A stretch of DNA of 64,000 bases from Candidatus Magasanikiibacteriota bacterium (GTDB lineage Bacteria > Patescibacteriota > Patescibacteriia > Magasanikbacterales > UBA922), in NCBI GenBank assembly GCA_016207245.1, contig JACQQA010000012.1:5722-69721 (forward strand), read 5' to 3'. Under the pieces are notes generated by a model. The model was not told where the DNA came from and searched no databases. It saw only the letters and a program-made list of their open reading frames with translations. A program made the position numbers and the translations under genes. Shown here piece by piece: positions 10,485-20,726 of this stretch. Positions within the stretch are counted from its first letter, which is position 1. Each line of letters starts with the position of its first letter.

Positions 10485-10519
10485 AACCCCGCCCTGAGCT
10501 TGCCGAAGGACGGGGTTTT
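10485..10519. terminator. Terminator hairpin with a REP-like element in its loop
   Basis: AACCCCG-[CCCTGAGCTTGCCGAAGGA]-CGGGGTTTT. Confidence 0.6.
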
Positions 10520-10608
10520 ATTTATACTTGACTTATTGACCAAATTATTTTATAATTTCCGCAATAAAACAATGACACGCATTCGTCTCGCTTCGCGAGC
10601 CGAAACAA

Positions 10609-10680
10609 GCCGCCATCGTCTAGTGGTTAGGACACGAGGTTTTCAACCTTGTAACAGGGGTTCGATTCCCCTTGGCGGTA
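10609..10680 (+). tRNA. tRNA-Glu (TTC)
   Basis: Cloverleaf; anticodon arm CGAGG-TTTTCAA-CCTTG; GGTTCGATTCC; CCA not encoded. Confidence 0.95.
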
Positions 10681-10687
10681 CAACCTT

Positions 10688-11782
10688 ATGCTCATCCTCG
10701 GCATTGAATCTTCCTGCGACGACACTTCAATCGCACTGATTGACGCGTCAGCGCGCGGTTTTAAAATACTGGCGGAAAAAACCGCGAGCCAAATTGAGGT
10801 GCACAAAAAATACGGCGGGGTGGTGCCGGAAATCGCGGGGCGGTGCCATGCGGAGCAAATTTTACCCTTGATTGAGAAAGTAATGAAACCCTTCGACTCC
10901 GCTCAGGGTAAACCGGATATAATCGCTGTGACATCAGGACCTGGTTTAATCACCGGCTTAATGGTGGGAGTGGAAGCGGCGAAGACATTGTCTTATTTGT
11001 GGAATATTCCTGTTGTTGCTGTCAATCATATTGATGGCCATATTCACAGTGTGGAGATTCAAAATTCAAAGAAACAAAAAACAAACAATATCAAATATCC
11101 CTGCCTCGCCGGCAGGCAGGCAATATCAAATATCCAATATCCCGCACTTGCGTTGATTGCGAGCGGCGGGCATACGGAGTTAATTTATATAAAAAAAGAA
11201 AACCATTATAAAAAAATCGGCACGACGTTGGATGATGCGGCCGGAGAATGTTTTGACAAAGTGGCAAAGTTGTTGGGGTTTGATTATCCGGGCGGACCAA
11301 AAATTTCTAAATTTGCTGAAACCGGCAATCCGCAGGCAATTAAATTTCCGCGTCCGATGTTAGACAAAAATAATTTTGATTTCAGCTTTGCAGGATTAAA
11401 AACATCCGCGCTTTATTGGCTTAGCGACAATTCTCCTAAAACCTATCACCTAAAACCTAAAACCTTAACAGACTTCTGCGCCAGTTTTGAACAAGCAATC
11501 ATAGATGTCCTCGTAGGCAAAACTCTCAAGGCAGCGGGAAAATACCAACCAAAAACTATTATCATGGGTGGAGGAGTAGCCGCCAATAAAAAATTACGAG
11601 AAACCTTGAAAGAACAAACCAACACACTTATTCCTAATTCATTATTCCTAATTCCTCAATTCGCCTACGCCATGGACAACGCCGCCATGATCGCTGTCGC
11701 CGGATATTATCACGCTATAAAAAAAGACTTCACGCCGTGGCAAAAACTCAAAGCCGATCCGGAGTGGGAGATAACGCGATAA
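10688..11782 (+). CDS. tsaD: tRNA threonylcarbamoyltransferase TsaD (with in-frame repeat insertions)
   Basis: ILGIESSCDDT, GGVVPEIA, HIDGH, ASGGHT, DDAAGECFDKVA, DNAAMIA. Confidence 0.97.
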   Translation: MLILGIESSCDDTSIALIDASARGFKILAEKTASQIEVHKKYGGVVPEIAGRCHAEQILPLIEKVMKPFDSAQGKPDIIAVTSGPGLITGLMVGVEAAKTLSYLWNIPVVAVNHIDGHIHSVEIQNSKKQKTNNIKYPCLAGRQAISNIQYPALALIASGGHTELIYIKKENHYKKIGTTLDDAAGECFDKVAKLLGFDYPGGPKISKFAETGNPQAIKFPRPMLDKNNFDFSFAGLKTSALYWLSDNSPKTYHLKPKTLTDFCASFEQAIIDVLVGKTLKAAGKYQPKTIIMGGGVAANKKLRETLKEQTNTLIPNSLFLIPQFAYAMDNAAMIAVAGYYHAIKKDFTPWQKLKADPEWEITR

Positions 11783-11784
11783 TG

Positions 11785-14700
11785 TTACTCGTCCACTTCC
11801 ACCCTCCCCTCTCCCACCACTTTCTTCAACTCATCTTCAACATTACTATTCCAATCAATCATCGCCTGCGCGCGGATGGTGTTGTCAGCGACTTTGACGA
11901 AAACTTGATAATCTCCCGGATGTTTAAGAAAAATATTTTTTAATTCCTGCGCCTTAGTTTTCAGTTCTTCTTTGCTTAAATTTATTACCACCGCCTTATC
12001 TGCCTGATGTTGTCGGACATTGTTGCCTGAAGTCGCGCCCAGAGATAATTCACGGCATACGCGCAAAGCGTTTTCTTTGGTCAGCAACAAAACTTTTTCC
12101 ACAAATACTTTGTTATCGCCCTTTTCTTTCGGGGTTTTGCCGACCACGCAGACGATATTCCCCTCTTGCCACAAGCCTTGTGTTTGTTCATATACCTTCG
12201 GAAACACCAACAGCTCCATCAGCCCGGTAGTATCTTGAATCACGGCGAATATCATCACGCCGCCTTTTTTGGTGATTTTTTTCTTGATGGAATCAACAAT
12301 CCCGCCGATTATCACCCAGCCGTCGCGCGAAGAATCTTCAATCTGATTCAACGGCACGAGCGAGCGCGCCATTATTTTTTGAAAATGCTCAAACGGATGC
12401 GCGGAAACATACAAGCCCAGCAATTCTTTTTCCCACTTTAATTTTTCGTCCAAACTTGCCGGCGACGCTTCTTTTAGTTTAACTTTATTGTCCAACATAA
12501 TCGCTGAACCGGCGAACAAAGAATTCTGCGAAGTATTTTTGTGCTCGCGCCGTTCTCTGACAAAAGCTAAAATATTTTCCACGTTAAAAAGCAAAAGACC
12601 GCGGTCAAAACCAAAACAATCCAGCGCGCCTGACTTGGCCAAACTTTCAACGGATTTTTTATTCAAATCTTTGTCATCGACGCGCTCTAAAAAATTTTCC
12701 AACGACTGATACGGCCCGCGTTCTTTCCGTTCGCGGTAAATCACGCCGCTGATATGTTCGCCTAAATTTTTGACAGCGTTCAAACCAAAACGGATGCGGC
12801 CAGGCTCCCCTGGTTTTGATACCATGGCGAAGTTGCGGTAACTTTCATTGACATCCGGCGGTAGAACCTCAATATTCATCCGCCGACATTCCGGCACAAT
12901 TTCCGATACTTTATCAGTATCGCCGGATTCCGCCTGCAAAATCGCGGTCATATATTGCACCGGATAGTGCGCTTTCAGATAAGCGGTCTGATAGGCCACG
13001 GTGCCGTAACTTGCGGCATGGGATTTATTAAAACCGTAAGCGGCAAACGGCTCTATTGTTTCCCACAACCGATTAATTTTTTCCTCTGATAATTTACCGT
13101 TGTCGCGGCACCCTTGAAAAAATTTAATCTTTTGTTTTTCCATTTCCGCGGGAATTTTCTTGCCAATCGCTTTTCTGAATTTATCCGCTTCCGTCCAACT
13201 GTATCCGGCCAACTCAATGGCGGTTAAAATAACATCGTCCTGATAAACCAGCAGGCCGAATGAAGCGCCCAAATATTTTTCCATTCGCGGATCAAGATAA
13301 TCCACTGATTCCGGATTATGTTTGCGGCGGATATATTCTGGGATTGATTCCATGGGCCCGGGACGATACAGAGCGACCATGGCCATGATATCGTCAATCG
13401 TGGTGGGTTTAAGTTCTTTAAGCCAGCGCGTCATTCCCGAACCGCCAAGCTGAAACGTGCCCATAGTTTCTCCGCGCGCGAGCATTTCAAATGTCTCCCG
13501 GTCATCAAAAGGCAGTTTATAAATATCTATTTTTTCACCGGTAGTTTTTTCCACAAATTCAACCGCTTTCCCTAAAATTGACAGGTTGCGGATACCTAAA
13601 AAATCCATCTTCAACAAACCGGCTGATTCCACCGCGTGCATTTCATATTGAGTGATGGTCTTCTCGCCGCCGGTTTCTTTTTGTATCGGAGTAAAGTCAG
13701 TCAGCGCCGTCGGCGCGATGACCACGCCCGCGGCGTGAATGGAGGTATGACGCGCGCAGCCCTCAACTTTTCGAGCTAAATCCAGCAGACGTTTCACTTC
13801 CGGGTTGGATCCGTAAAGTTTTTTTAAATCAGGTTCTTCAGCCAAAGCGCGGTCAATCGTCATGTGAAAACCCTGCGAACCCATGGGAATCAATTTCGCG
13901 ACTTGATCACAAAAACTGTAAGAATAGCCCAACGCACGGCCAACATCCCGTACGCTCGCCCGCGCCGCCATAGTTCCGAAAGTGATAATCTGCGCCACTT
14001 TTTCTTTTCCGTATTTATTGGTAACATAATCAATCATCTCATCGCGGCGGTCATCGGCAAAATCAGTGTCAATATCCGGCGGACTGGGTCGGAATGGATT
14101 CAAAAATCGTTCAAACGGCAATTTAAATCTAATCGGATCAACGGTTGTGATACCCATCACATAAGAAACGAGGGATCCGGCCGCCGAACCTCTGGTGGTT
14201 TCAACTATTCCATGCGCTTTCGCGTAATTTACGTAATCAGCCACGCAAAGAAAATACGGCGAATATCCTTTTTCGCTGATAATTTTTAATTCGTATTCCA
14301 TCCGCGCCCTGACTTCATCAGTTATTGGCTGATAATAATCGCCGACACGCGCGCTGACGATTTTTTGCATCACTTCCGCCGCGGTTTTCCCCGCAGGCAA
14401 TTCAACCGGCGCAAAATGCCAAGCGTTTAAATCAATTTCTAAGTTTACCCGCTCCGCTATTTTAACGGTGTTTTCAATCGCCTCCGGAACATGGCGAAAA
14501 CGGGAAATAATATCTTTGGCTTTATTTAACGAGCGGTCCACTTGGCGAAAATCTTTCCGATTCATCTGGCCGACTTTCCAGCCTTCGCGAATACAGGTTA
14601 AAATATCCTGCGCTTCCGCGTCATCAGTATCCAAATAATGAACATCGCGCGTTACCACCATCGAAATTCCGGTATCTTTTGACAATTGAATAATTTTTGT

Positions 14701-15267
14701 GTTCACATCCAACTGCCCCTCAATCGCCGGATGATCTTGGAGTTCCAAATAAAAATTGTCTTGACCAAAAATCTCATTATATTCCAAAGCTATTTTTTTC
14801 GCTTTCTCATGCTCCCCTTTTTTGAGCAATGCCGGCACTTCGCCCTCAATACAACCTGTTAAAGCAATGATGCCTCTGAAATGTTTTTTTAAAACTTCTT
14901 TATCAATTCTTGATTTGCCGTTAAAAAATCCTTCCAAATGCCCGATGGACGATAAACTCATTAAATTTTTATAACCCTCGTAATTTTCCGCTAACAAAAT
15001 CAAATGATAAAGTTCTTTGTCAGTCTGCGGATCTTTATCAGTCAATTTCCGCGGCCCCAAATACGCCTCAAATCCAATAATCGGTTTAATGCCTTCCGCG
15101 CGGCAAGCCTCATAAAACTCAATCGCGCCATACAACGAACCGCTGTCAGTCAAAGCCAGCATTAAAAAACCCCGCTCTTTCGCGGCCTTAACTAACGGCT
15201 TGATTTGCGTCAAACCGTCTAAAAGAGAATAGTGGGAGTGAACATGCAAGTGAATGAATTTATCCAT
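11785..15267 (-). CDS. dnaE: DNA polymerase III alpha subunit
   Basis: FIHLHVHSHYSLLDG PHP domain, RGSAAGSLV, PPDIDTDF, YGFNKSHAASY. Confidence 0.98.
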   Translation of the reverse strand: MDKFIHLHVHSHYSLLDGLTQIKPLVKAAKERGFLMLALTDSGSLYGAIEFYEACRAEGIKPIIGFEAYLGPRKLTDKDPQTDKELYHLILLAENYEGYKNLMSLSSIGHLEGFFNGKSRIDKEVLKKHFRGIIALTGCIEGEVPALLKKGEHEKAKKIALEYNEIFGQDNFYLELQDHPAIEGQLDVNTKIIQLSKDTGISMVVTRDVHYLDTDDAEAQDILTCIREGWKVGQMNRKDFRQVDRSLNKAKDIISRFRHVPEAIENTVKIAERVNLEIDLNAWHFAPVELPAGKTAAEVMQKIVSARVGDYYQPITDEVRARMEYELKIISEKGYSPYFLCVADYVNYAKAHGIVETTRGSAAGSLVSYVMGITTVDPIRFKLPFERFLNPFRPSPPDIDTDFADDRRDEMIDYVTNKYGKEKVAQIITFGTMAARASVRDVGRALGYSYSFCDQVAKLIPMGSQGFHMTIDRALAEEPDLKKLYGSNPEVKRLLDLARKVEGCARHTSIHAAGVVIAPTALTDFTPIQKETGGEKTITQYEMHAVESAGLLKMDFLGIRNLSILGKAVEFVEKTTGEKIDIYKLPFDDRETFEMLARGETMGTFQLGGSGMTRWLKELKPTTIDDIMAMVALYRPGPMESIPEYIRRKHNPESVDYLDPRMEKYLGASFGLLVYQDDVILTAIELAGYSWTEADKFRKAIGKKIPAEMEKQKIKFFQGCRDNGKLSEEKINRLWETIEPFAAYGFNKSHAASYGTVAYQTAYLKAHYPVQYMTAILQAESGDTDKVSEIVPECRRMNIEVLPPDVNESYRNFAMVSKPGEPGRIRFGLNAVKNLGEHISGVIYRERKERGPYQSLENFLERVDDKDLNKKSVESLAKSGALDCFGFDRGLLLFNVENILAFVRERREHKNTSQNSLFAGSAIMLDNKVKLKEASPASLDEKLKWEKELLGLYVSAHPFEHFQKIMARSLVPLNQIEDSSRDGWVIIGGIVDSIKKKITKKGGVMIFAVIQDTTGLMELLVFPKVYEQTQGLWQEGNIVCVVGKTPKEKGDNKVFVEKVLLLTKENALRVCRELSLGATSGNNVRQHQADKAVVINLSKEELKTKAQELKNIFLKHPGDYQVFVKVADNTIRAQAMIDWNSNVEDELKKVVGEGRVEVDE

Positions 15268-15413
15268 AACAGTGCTATATTATAATATCCGGCCTTTTTT
15301 GACAATGCCGCTTATCATAACACAAAATACAGATAACAAAACACAAAAACAACCTGATTATTGTCAAAAACCAACTGTAATGTTAAAATCAATTTATACT
15401 TAACAAACCTGCT

Positions 15414-16163
15414 ATGCCAAAAATAGGTATTATCGGCGGATCTGGATTGGACAGCCCCGATATATTGGAAAAAAGCCAAGAAAAAAATGCGGAAAATAAA
15501 TATGGCAAACTATCTTCCTCGTTGATTGAAGGCAAAATCAACGGCGTTGACGTGATTTTGCTTGCCAGACACGGACGCGAGCACACCATACCGCCGACAC
15601 AGGTGAATTTTCGCGCTAATATCTTGGCGCTAAAAAACGAAGGATGTACCCACATTTTAGCTACCACCGCGGTTGGATCATTGCGTGAGGAAATCGGCCG
15701 CGGGCATTTGGTGATTCTAGACCAATTTATTGATTTTACCAAACATCGCTTCTCTACTTTTTACGAAGAATTCGCTCCGCACCAACCCCAACACACGCCC
15801 ATGGCAGAGCCGTTTTCCGCGGAGCTACGCCAACTGCTTATTGATGGCTGTAAAGATTTAAATTTAACTTTTCATGAGCGAGGCACCGTGGTGACGATTG
15901 AGGGGCCGCGATTTTCCACCAAAGCGGAAAGCAAAATGTTCCGCGCCTGGGGCGCGGATGTGATAAATATGAGCATCGCGCCGGAAGCGACACTGGCAAA
16001 AGAAGCCGGCATACCATACGCCGCGATTGCCATGTCAACAGATTATGACTGCTGGAAAGAAGACGAGGAGCCTGTTTCTTGGCAAGCAATTTTGGAAATC
16101 TTTAAACAGAATGCCGAAAAAGTTACTAACCTCATTTTGCGCGCTATCCCCAACATTAAATAA
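15414..16163 (+). CDS. mtnP: S-methyl-5'-thioadenosine phosphorylase
   Basis: [34 protein letters not shown]. Confidence 0.92.
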   Translation: MPKIGIIGGSGLDSPDILEKSQEKNAENKYGKLSSSLIEGKINGVDVILLARHGREHTIPPTQVNFRANILALKNEGCTHILATTAVGSLREEIGRGHLVILDQFIDFTKHRFSTFYEEFAPHQPQHTPMAEPFSAELRQLLIDGCKDLNLTFHERGTVVTIEGPRFSTKAESKMFRAWGADVINMSIAPEATLAKEAGIPYAAIAMSTDYDCWKEDEEPVSWQAILEIFKQNAEKVTNLILRAIPNIK

Positions 16164-16164
16164 T

Positions 16165-16698
16165 ATGTCAAACTCATTAAAAGAAAAAATCCGCACCATT
16201 CCCAACTGGCCAAAACAGGGCATTATGTTCCGCGATATTACTACCCTGCTTCAAGACAGCGAAGGATTTAAACATTTGCTTGATCTGCTGTATGAAAGAT
16301 ACAAAAATTTTTCCATCGGCAAGGTGGCGGGAATTGAAGCGCGCGGTTTTATCATCGGCGCCGCTTTGGCTGATCGGCTCGGCGTTGGTTTTGTTCCGGT
16401 GCGCAAAAAAGGCAAACTGCCGGCGGAAACGATTCGGGAAGAATATGAAAAAGAATACGGCCCGGATATTATTGAAATCCACAAAGACGCGATTTGCTCT
16501 GGCGAAAAAATCCTGCTGATTGATGATCTGATAGCAACCGGCGGCACCGCCCTTGCCGCGTGCAAACTGATTAAAAAAACTGGAGCTAATATCATTGAGT
16601 GCGGTTTTGTGGTTGATTTACCGGAATTGGGCGGCAGCAAAAAAATTGAAGACGCGGGATTCAAAACTTTTCATCTGGTTGAGTTTGAAGGAGAATAA
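16165..16698 (+). CDS. apt: Adenine phosphoribosyltransferase
   Basis: [34 protein letters not shown]; start at ATG 16165. Confidence 0.96.
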   Translation: MSNSLKEKIRTIPNWPKQGIMFRDITTLLQDSEGFKHLLDLLYERYKNFSIGKVAGIEARGFIIGAALADRLGVGFVPVRKKGKLPAETIREEYEKEYGPDIIEIHKDAICSGEKILLIDDLIATGGTALAACKLIKKTGANIIECGFVVDLPELGGSKKIEDAGFKTFHLVEFEGE

Positions 16699-16754
16699 AA
16701 AACAGCGGCCTTATCGCCGCTGTAATATTTTATTAATATCCTTTAATATTTTCG

Positions 16755-17081
16755 TTATATTCCCATTGTTTTATTTCTTCTTTTTTTCTCTCCCCTCTCA
16801 TCCAACTTACTCGCCAGCTTGTTGACCACAAACTTTTCCACCAAATTCGCCACCATTGTGCTCACCACACCCATGCTACTGGATAGGCCGTCAACTTTCT
16901 TGCGGATAAATTCCACCGCGTCGGTGATCAATTCTAATTTTTGCGTCAGATTTTCTATAATCCGATTGGCATTTCGCAAAACCCGCGCCGCTTGATACAG
17001 GAGCCAGCACAAAAAAACCGTGAACCACAAAATACTAAACGCGGAGACAATATATAAAAGATCCGAACTTGTTTCTAACAT
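16755..17081 (-). CDS. Small membrane protein with coiled coil
   Basis: One TM plus helical tail; GGAGG RBS. Confidence 0.7.
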   Translation of the reverse strand: MLETSSDLLYIVSAFSILWFTVFLCWLLYQAARVLRNANRIIENLTQKLELITDAVEFIRKKVDGLSSSMGVVSTMVANLVEKFVVNKLASKLDERGEKKRRNKTMGI

Positions 17082-17111
17082 ATTTTTCCTCCTTAAAAAT
17101 AAGTAAGTGTA

Positions 17112-19667
17112 TTATACCACACTTTTCACAATAGTGGTACGCGTCTCCGCCCCAAACTTCTTCTTCAACACTTCTCCAACTCTCACATGCGCCGCGTCAA
17201 CTTCCGCGGATTCGAGTGTCTTGCTGTCTGAACGATAAGTAATGTGATACGCCAGACTCTTTTTACCGGCCGGTAAATTCTTGCCCTCGTAAACGTCAAA
17301 TATTTCCACGCTAGCAATCAGCCGGTCAACTTTTTTAAGCTCAAAAATAATTCGCGCGTGTTCAACTTTTTTATCAACCACAAAAGCAATGTCGCGAATT
17401 ACTTCCGGATAAACCGGCAATGGTTGATAGCGCAAAGAATTTTTTAAAACCAACAATAATTTTTCTAAATCCACTTCCGCCACTACCACTCGCTCGTTAA
17501 TTCCCAAACGCTCGGAAAATGACGGGCTGATCTCGGTAATCGCACCCACGCCTTCGCCATTTACTAAAATTTGCGCCTGCCTGCCCCTGTGGATAACTTT
17601 TCCGAGTTCATGGATTGCCGGCTTTAAAACCACGACACAACCAAGACGATCCAACACACCTGTCAAAGCCGCGGAAAGCTCATAAAATGGCGTTAAAACG
17701 CCTTTACCGGCAAAAACCAGACCCAAATACAGCGGCTGGCCGGGCAATAATTCATCGCTGTTTCCGGAAACCCGCAAACCGGCGACCTCGGAATTAAACA
17801 CTCTGCCGATCTCAAACATTCTTACCGCGTCAAAACGATGCAAATTCACTTCCGCGTTTTCCAACAGGCCGGGCCACAAACTGCGGCGCAAAAACGGACG
17901 ATCTTTAGCCACCGGATTGTCCAACTCTATTAAATCAGCGGGGTCAATTCCCAATCTCTCCAATAATTGTGGCGATACGAAAGAATAGTTATACACTTCG
18001 CTGAAACTAAATTCCAGCGCCAAAATTTCTTTTATTCTTCTTTCTAAACTTCTCAACTCGTTTTTAGGCGGAGGAACAATTGGAAACTTTGGCAATGATG
18101 TTGGAATATTGCCATAACCGTAAATCCGCGCCACTTCTTCCACCAAATCTTCGGCAATGGAAATATCTTTTGTCGCGCGCCAGGTTGGAATTTTAACCAA
18201 CAAAACATCTTTTTTTTCTTTAACTTCAAAATCAAGATCGGATAAAATTTTAACCGCCTGTTTCTTTTCTATTTCCAAACCGATTTTTTTAGATAAAAAC
18301 TCCAGCGGCAATTCAATCGGGCCTTGCTGTAAATGAAAATCTTTCACGTCAATAATTTTACTGGCGATTTTCGCGCCCGGGCACAATTCCAATGTCAATT
18401 CCAGCGCTTTTCGCAAAGCCAGTTCGCAATTGTTCGGGTCCAAACTCTTTTCAAACCGCGCCGAGCTGTCAGTGCGCAAACCAAGTTTGACGGAAGTCCG
18501 GCGCACATTCGCGGCATTAAAATTCGCTGATTCATAAATTACAGCAGTCGTCTCATCTTCAACTCCGCTTTCCCGCCCGCCCATCACCCCGGCCAACGCT
18601 ATCGCCTTATCATTTGAACTAATCACCAAATTCTCCGGTGTCAACTCAAACTCTTTCCCGTCCAAACTAACAAACCTCTCTCCCCCTTCCGCCCTTCGTA
18701 CAACAATCGTGATTTTTGATTTTTGATTTTTGATTTTTGATTTATCAAATGCGTGCATCGGCTGTCCCAAATCCAACATTACATAATTGGTGATATCCAC
18801 AATATTATTTATCGGCCGCAGACCGACTGCCAGCAATTTTTTTTGCAGCCAATCCGGCGACGGCGCGACTTTAATCCCCTCAATCGCCACCGCCATATAG
18901 CGAGGACATAATTTTTTATCCTCAACTCGTACGGACAGGTCGCGACCTGTCCCTATCTTGCAATCTTTAATTTTATAATTCACTAATTTTTTATTAAACA
19001 ACGCTCCCACTTCTCTCGCCATTCCATAATGTCCCCACAAATCCGGCCGATTGGACAAACTTTTGTTGTCAATTTCAAAAATAATGTCATCCAATCCGAG
19101 GACTGCGGACAACGCCTGCCCGCCGATGAGGTGGGGACTACCGACGATTTTGTCATTCCCGTGTAAACGGGAATCCATCGCGTTCGATTTCTGGATCCCC
19201 GCCTCCGCGGGGACGACAAATGAGAGGTCTAGAATCTCTTTCTCGTCTTTTAAGGGAAACCTGTCTCCCAATCCAATCTCGGTTGACGCGCAAATCATGC
19301 CGAATGATTCCACGCCGCGGATTTTCGCTTTTGCCAATTCAACCAATTCGCCTTCGCCGTGCCAGCGCACTTTCGCGCCAATTCTGCCAAACGCGACTTT
19401 CATCCCCTCTTTCACATTTGAGCCGCCGCAAACCACTTGCCAATCTTGCGCGCCGTCATTAACTATACAAACTTTTAACTTATCCGCGTCAGGATGTTTA
19501 ACAACTTTTTTTACCAAACCAACAACAATGTTATCCAAATCTTTTCCTTGCTTAACAATTTTTTCCACCTCCACCGTGCTCATTGTCAATTTCAACGCCA
19601 ACTCTTCCGGAGTGAGAGAGTTTGGCAGATCAATGTATTGTTTGAGCCAGTTAAAACTTATTAACAT
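17112..19667 (-). CDS. pheT: Phenylalanine-tRNA ligase beta subunit (with in-frame REP insertions)
   Basis: HPDADKL, NRPDL, INNIVDITNYVML..GQPMHAFD, DLVEEVARIYGY, FDVYEG. Confidence 0.97.
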   Translation of the reverse strand: MLISFNWLKQYIDLPNSLTPEELALKLTMSTVEVEKIVKQGKDLDNIVVGLVKKVVKHPDADKLKVCIVNDGAQDWQVVCGGSNVKEGMKVAFGRIGAKVRWHGEGELVELAKAKIRGVESFGMICASTEIGLGDRFPLKDEKEILDLSFVVPAEAGIQKSNAMDSRLHGNDKIVGSPHLIGGQALSAVLGLDDIIFEIDNKSLSNRPDLWGHYGMAREVGALFNKKLVNYKIKDCKIGTGRDLSVRVEDKKLCPRYMAVAIEGIKVAPSPDWLQKKLLAVGLRPINNIVDITNYVMLDLGQPMHAFDKSKIKNQKSKITIVVRRAEGGERFVSLDGKEFELTPENLVISSNDKAIALAGVMGGRESGVEDETTAVIYESANFNAANVRRTSVKLGLRTDSSARFEKSLDPNNCELALRKALELTLELCPGAKIASKIIDVKDFHLQQGPIELPLEFLSKKIGLEIEKKQAVKILSDLDFEVKEKKDVLLVKIPTWRATKDISIAEDLVEEVARIYGYGNIPTSLPKFPIVPPPKNELRSLERRIKEILALEFSFSEVYNYSFVSPQLLERLGIDPADLIELDNPVAKDRPFLRRSLWPGLLENAEVNLHRFDAVRMFEIGRVFNSEVAGLRVSGNSDELLPGQPLYLGLVFAGKGVLTPFYELSAALTGVLDRLGCVVVLKPAIHELGKVIHRGRQAQILVNGEGVGAITEISPSFSERLGINERVVVAEVDLEKLLLVLKNSLRYQPLPVYPEVIRDIAFVVDKKVEHARIIFELKKVDRLIASVEIFDVYEGKNLPAGKKSLAYHITYRSDSKTLESAEVDAAHVRVGEVLKKKFGAETRTTIVKSVV
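18929..18956. repeat. GTAG-type REP palindrome inside pheT
   Basis: GTACGGACAGGTCGCGACCTGTCCCTAT, near-identical to the palindrome inside the RAYT gene. Confidence 0.85.
19150..19219. repeat. GTCATTCCC-type REP doublet inside pheT
   Basis: TTGTCATTCCCG..CGGGAATCCA-spacer-TGGATCCCCG..CGGGGACGACAA; translated as VVPAEAGIQKSNAMDSRLHGNDK. Confidence 0.9.
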
Positions 19668-19668
19668 A

Positions 19669-20700
19669 TCAGAATTGTTTTAAAAAACGCAGATCCCCGC
19701 CCTGTAAATGTCTAATATCATCAATACAATACCTTTGCATCACCAAACGAGTCATGCCTAAGCCAAAAGCGAAACCCGTCCATTCTTTCGGATCCAAACC
19801 GCCGTATGCCAAAACTTTCGGATGCACCAGACCGCACGGCATTGTCTCAATCCAGCCTGAATGTTTGCACGCCCCACAGCCAACACCGCCGCAGATCAAA
19901 CATTTTATATCCAATTCAAAACCGGGTTCAACAAATTGAAAATGCCCGGGACGCAAACGCGTCTCAACATCGCGCTTAAACACTCCTCGCAATAATTCCT
20001 TCATCACGCCGATTAGGTGAGAGACAGAAATATTTTTATCCACAACCAAACCTTCCAATTGACAAAAAGTGTGCTCATGCGCCGCGTCAGTCGCTTCGTT
20101 GCGGAAACAACGCCCAGGCACCACCATCCGAATTGGCGCGCCATACTTCTCCAAAGCGCGCACCTGCATAGACGATGTTTGGGTGCGCATTACCCAATCA
20201 GAATGGCTTTTGATATAAAAAGTGTCTTGGGTATCGCGAGCCGGATCGTCAGATGGCATATTAAGCGTGGTAAAATTATAATACTCGCTCTCCAACTCCG
20301 GCCCATCCAGCACCATAAAACCCATGGAAGTAAATAAATCTTCCAAATTATTCTGAACTAAAGTGTTGGGATGCAAATGTCCGGCCTCTTTTGCCGGTAA
20401 CTTTGGCTGAGTAACGTCAATAGTTTCTTTTTCTAAAATATCTCCCATTTCCGACATTTTAATTTCCTCTTTTTTCTTCGCGAACACTTCTTCCAGTTCA
20501 TGTTTAACTTCATTTGCTAATTTGCCAAACTCCTGCCGCGCTTCAACAGAAAGGTCTTTCAAATTTTTCATCGCCTGCGTCAGCTCGCCGGAACGGCGGG
20601 AAAAAAATCTTTGTTCCAATTCTTCCAACTGCAAGACATTCTTAATCTCCACCAAACTCTTCAAAAAATCCTTTTTAATTTTTTCTAATTGTTCCTTCAT
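19669..20700 (-). CDS. pheS: Phenylalanine-tRNA ligase alpha subunit
   Basis: ARDTQDTFY, MRTQTSSMQ, GFAFGLGMTRL, DDIR; start MKEQLEK. Confidence 0.96.
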   Translation of the reverse strand: MKEQLEKIKKDFLKSLVEIKNVLQLEELEQRFFSRRSGELTQAMKNLKDLSVEARQEFGKLANEVKHELEEVFAKKKEEIKMSEMGDILEKETIDVTQPKLPAKEAGHLHPNTLVQNNLEDLFTSMGFMVLDGPELESEYYNFTTLNMPSDDPARDTQDTFYIKSHSDWVMRTQTSSMQVRALEKYGAPIRMVVPGRCFRNEATDAAHEHTFCQLEGLVVDKNISVSHLIGVMKELLRGVFKRDVETRLRPGHFQFVEPGFELDIKCLICGGVGCGACKHSGWIETMPCGLVHPKVLAYGGLDPKEWTGFAFGLGMTRLVMQRYCIDDIRHLQGGDLRFLKQF

Positions 20701-20726
20701 AAATAAAGATACTAATGCTTTTTTAT

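Noticed and set aside
11785-15267. Intein or split in dnaE
   Set aside because: Normal length and continuous motifs.
17575-17596. GGCAGGCAGG in pheT as a REP insertion
   Set aside because: Coincides with the conserved HPGR-like motif and is only half a palindrome.
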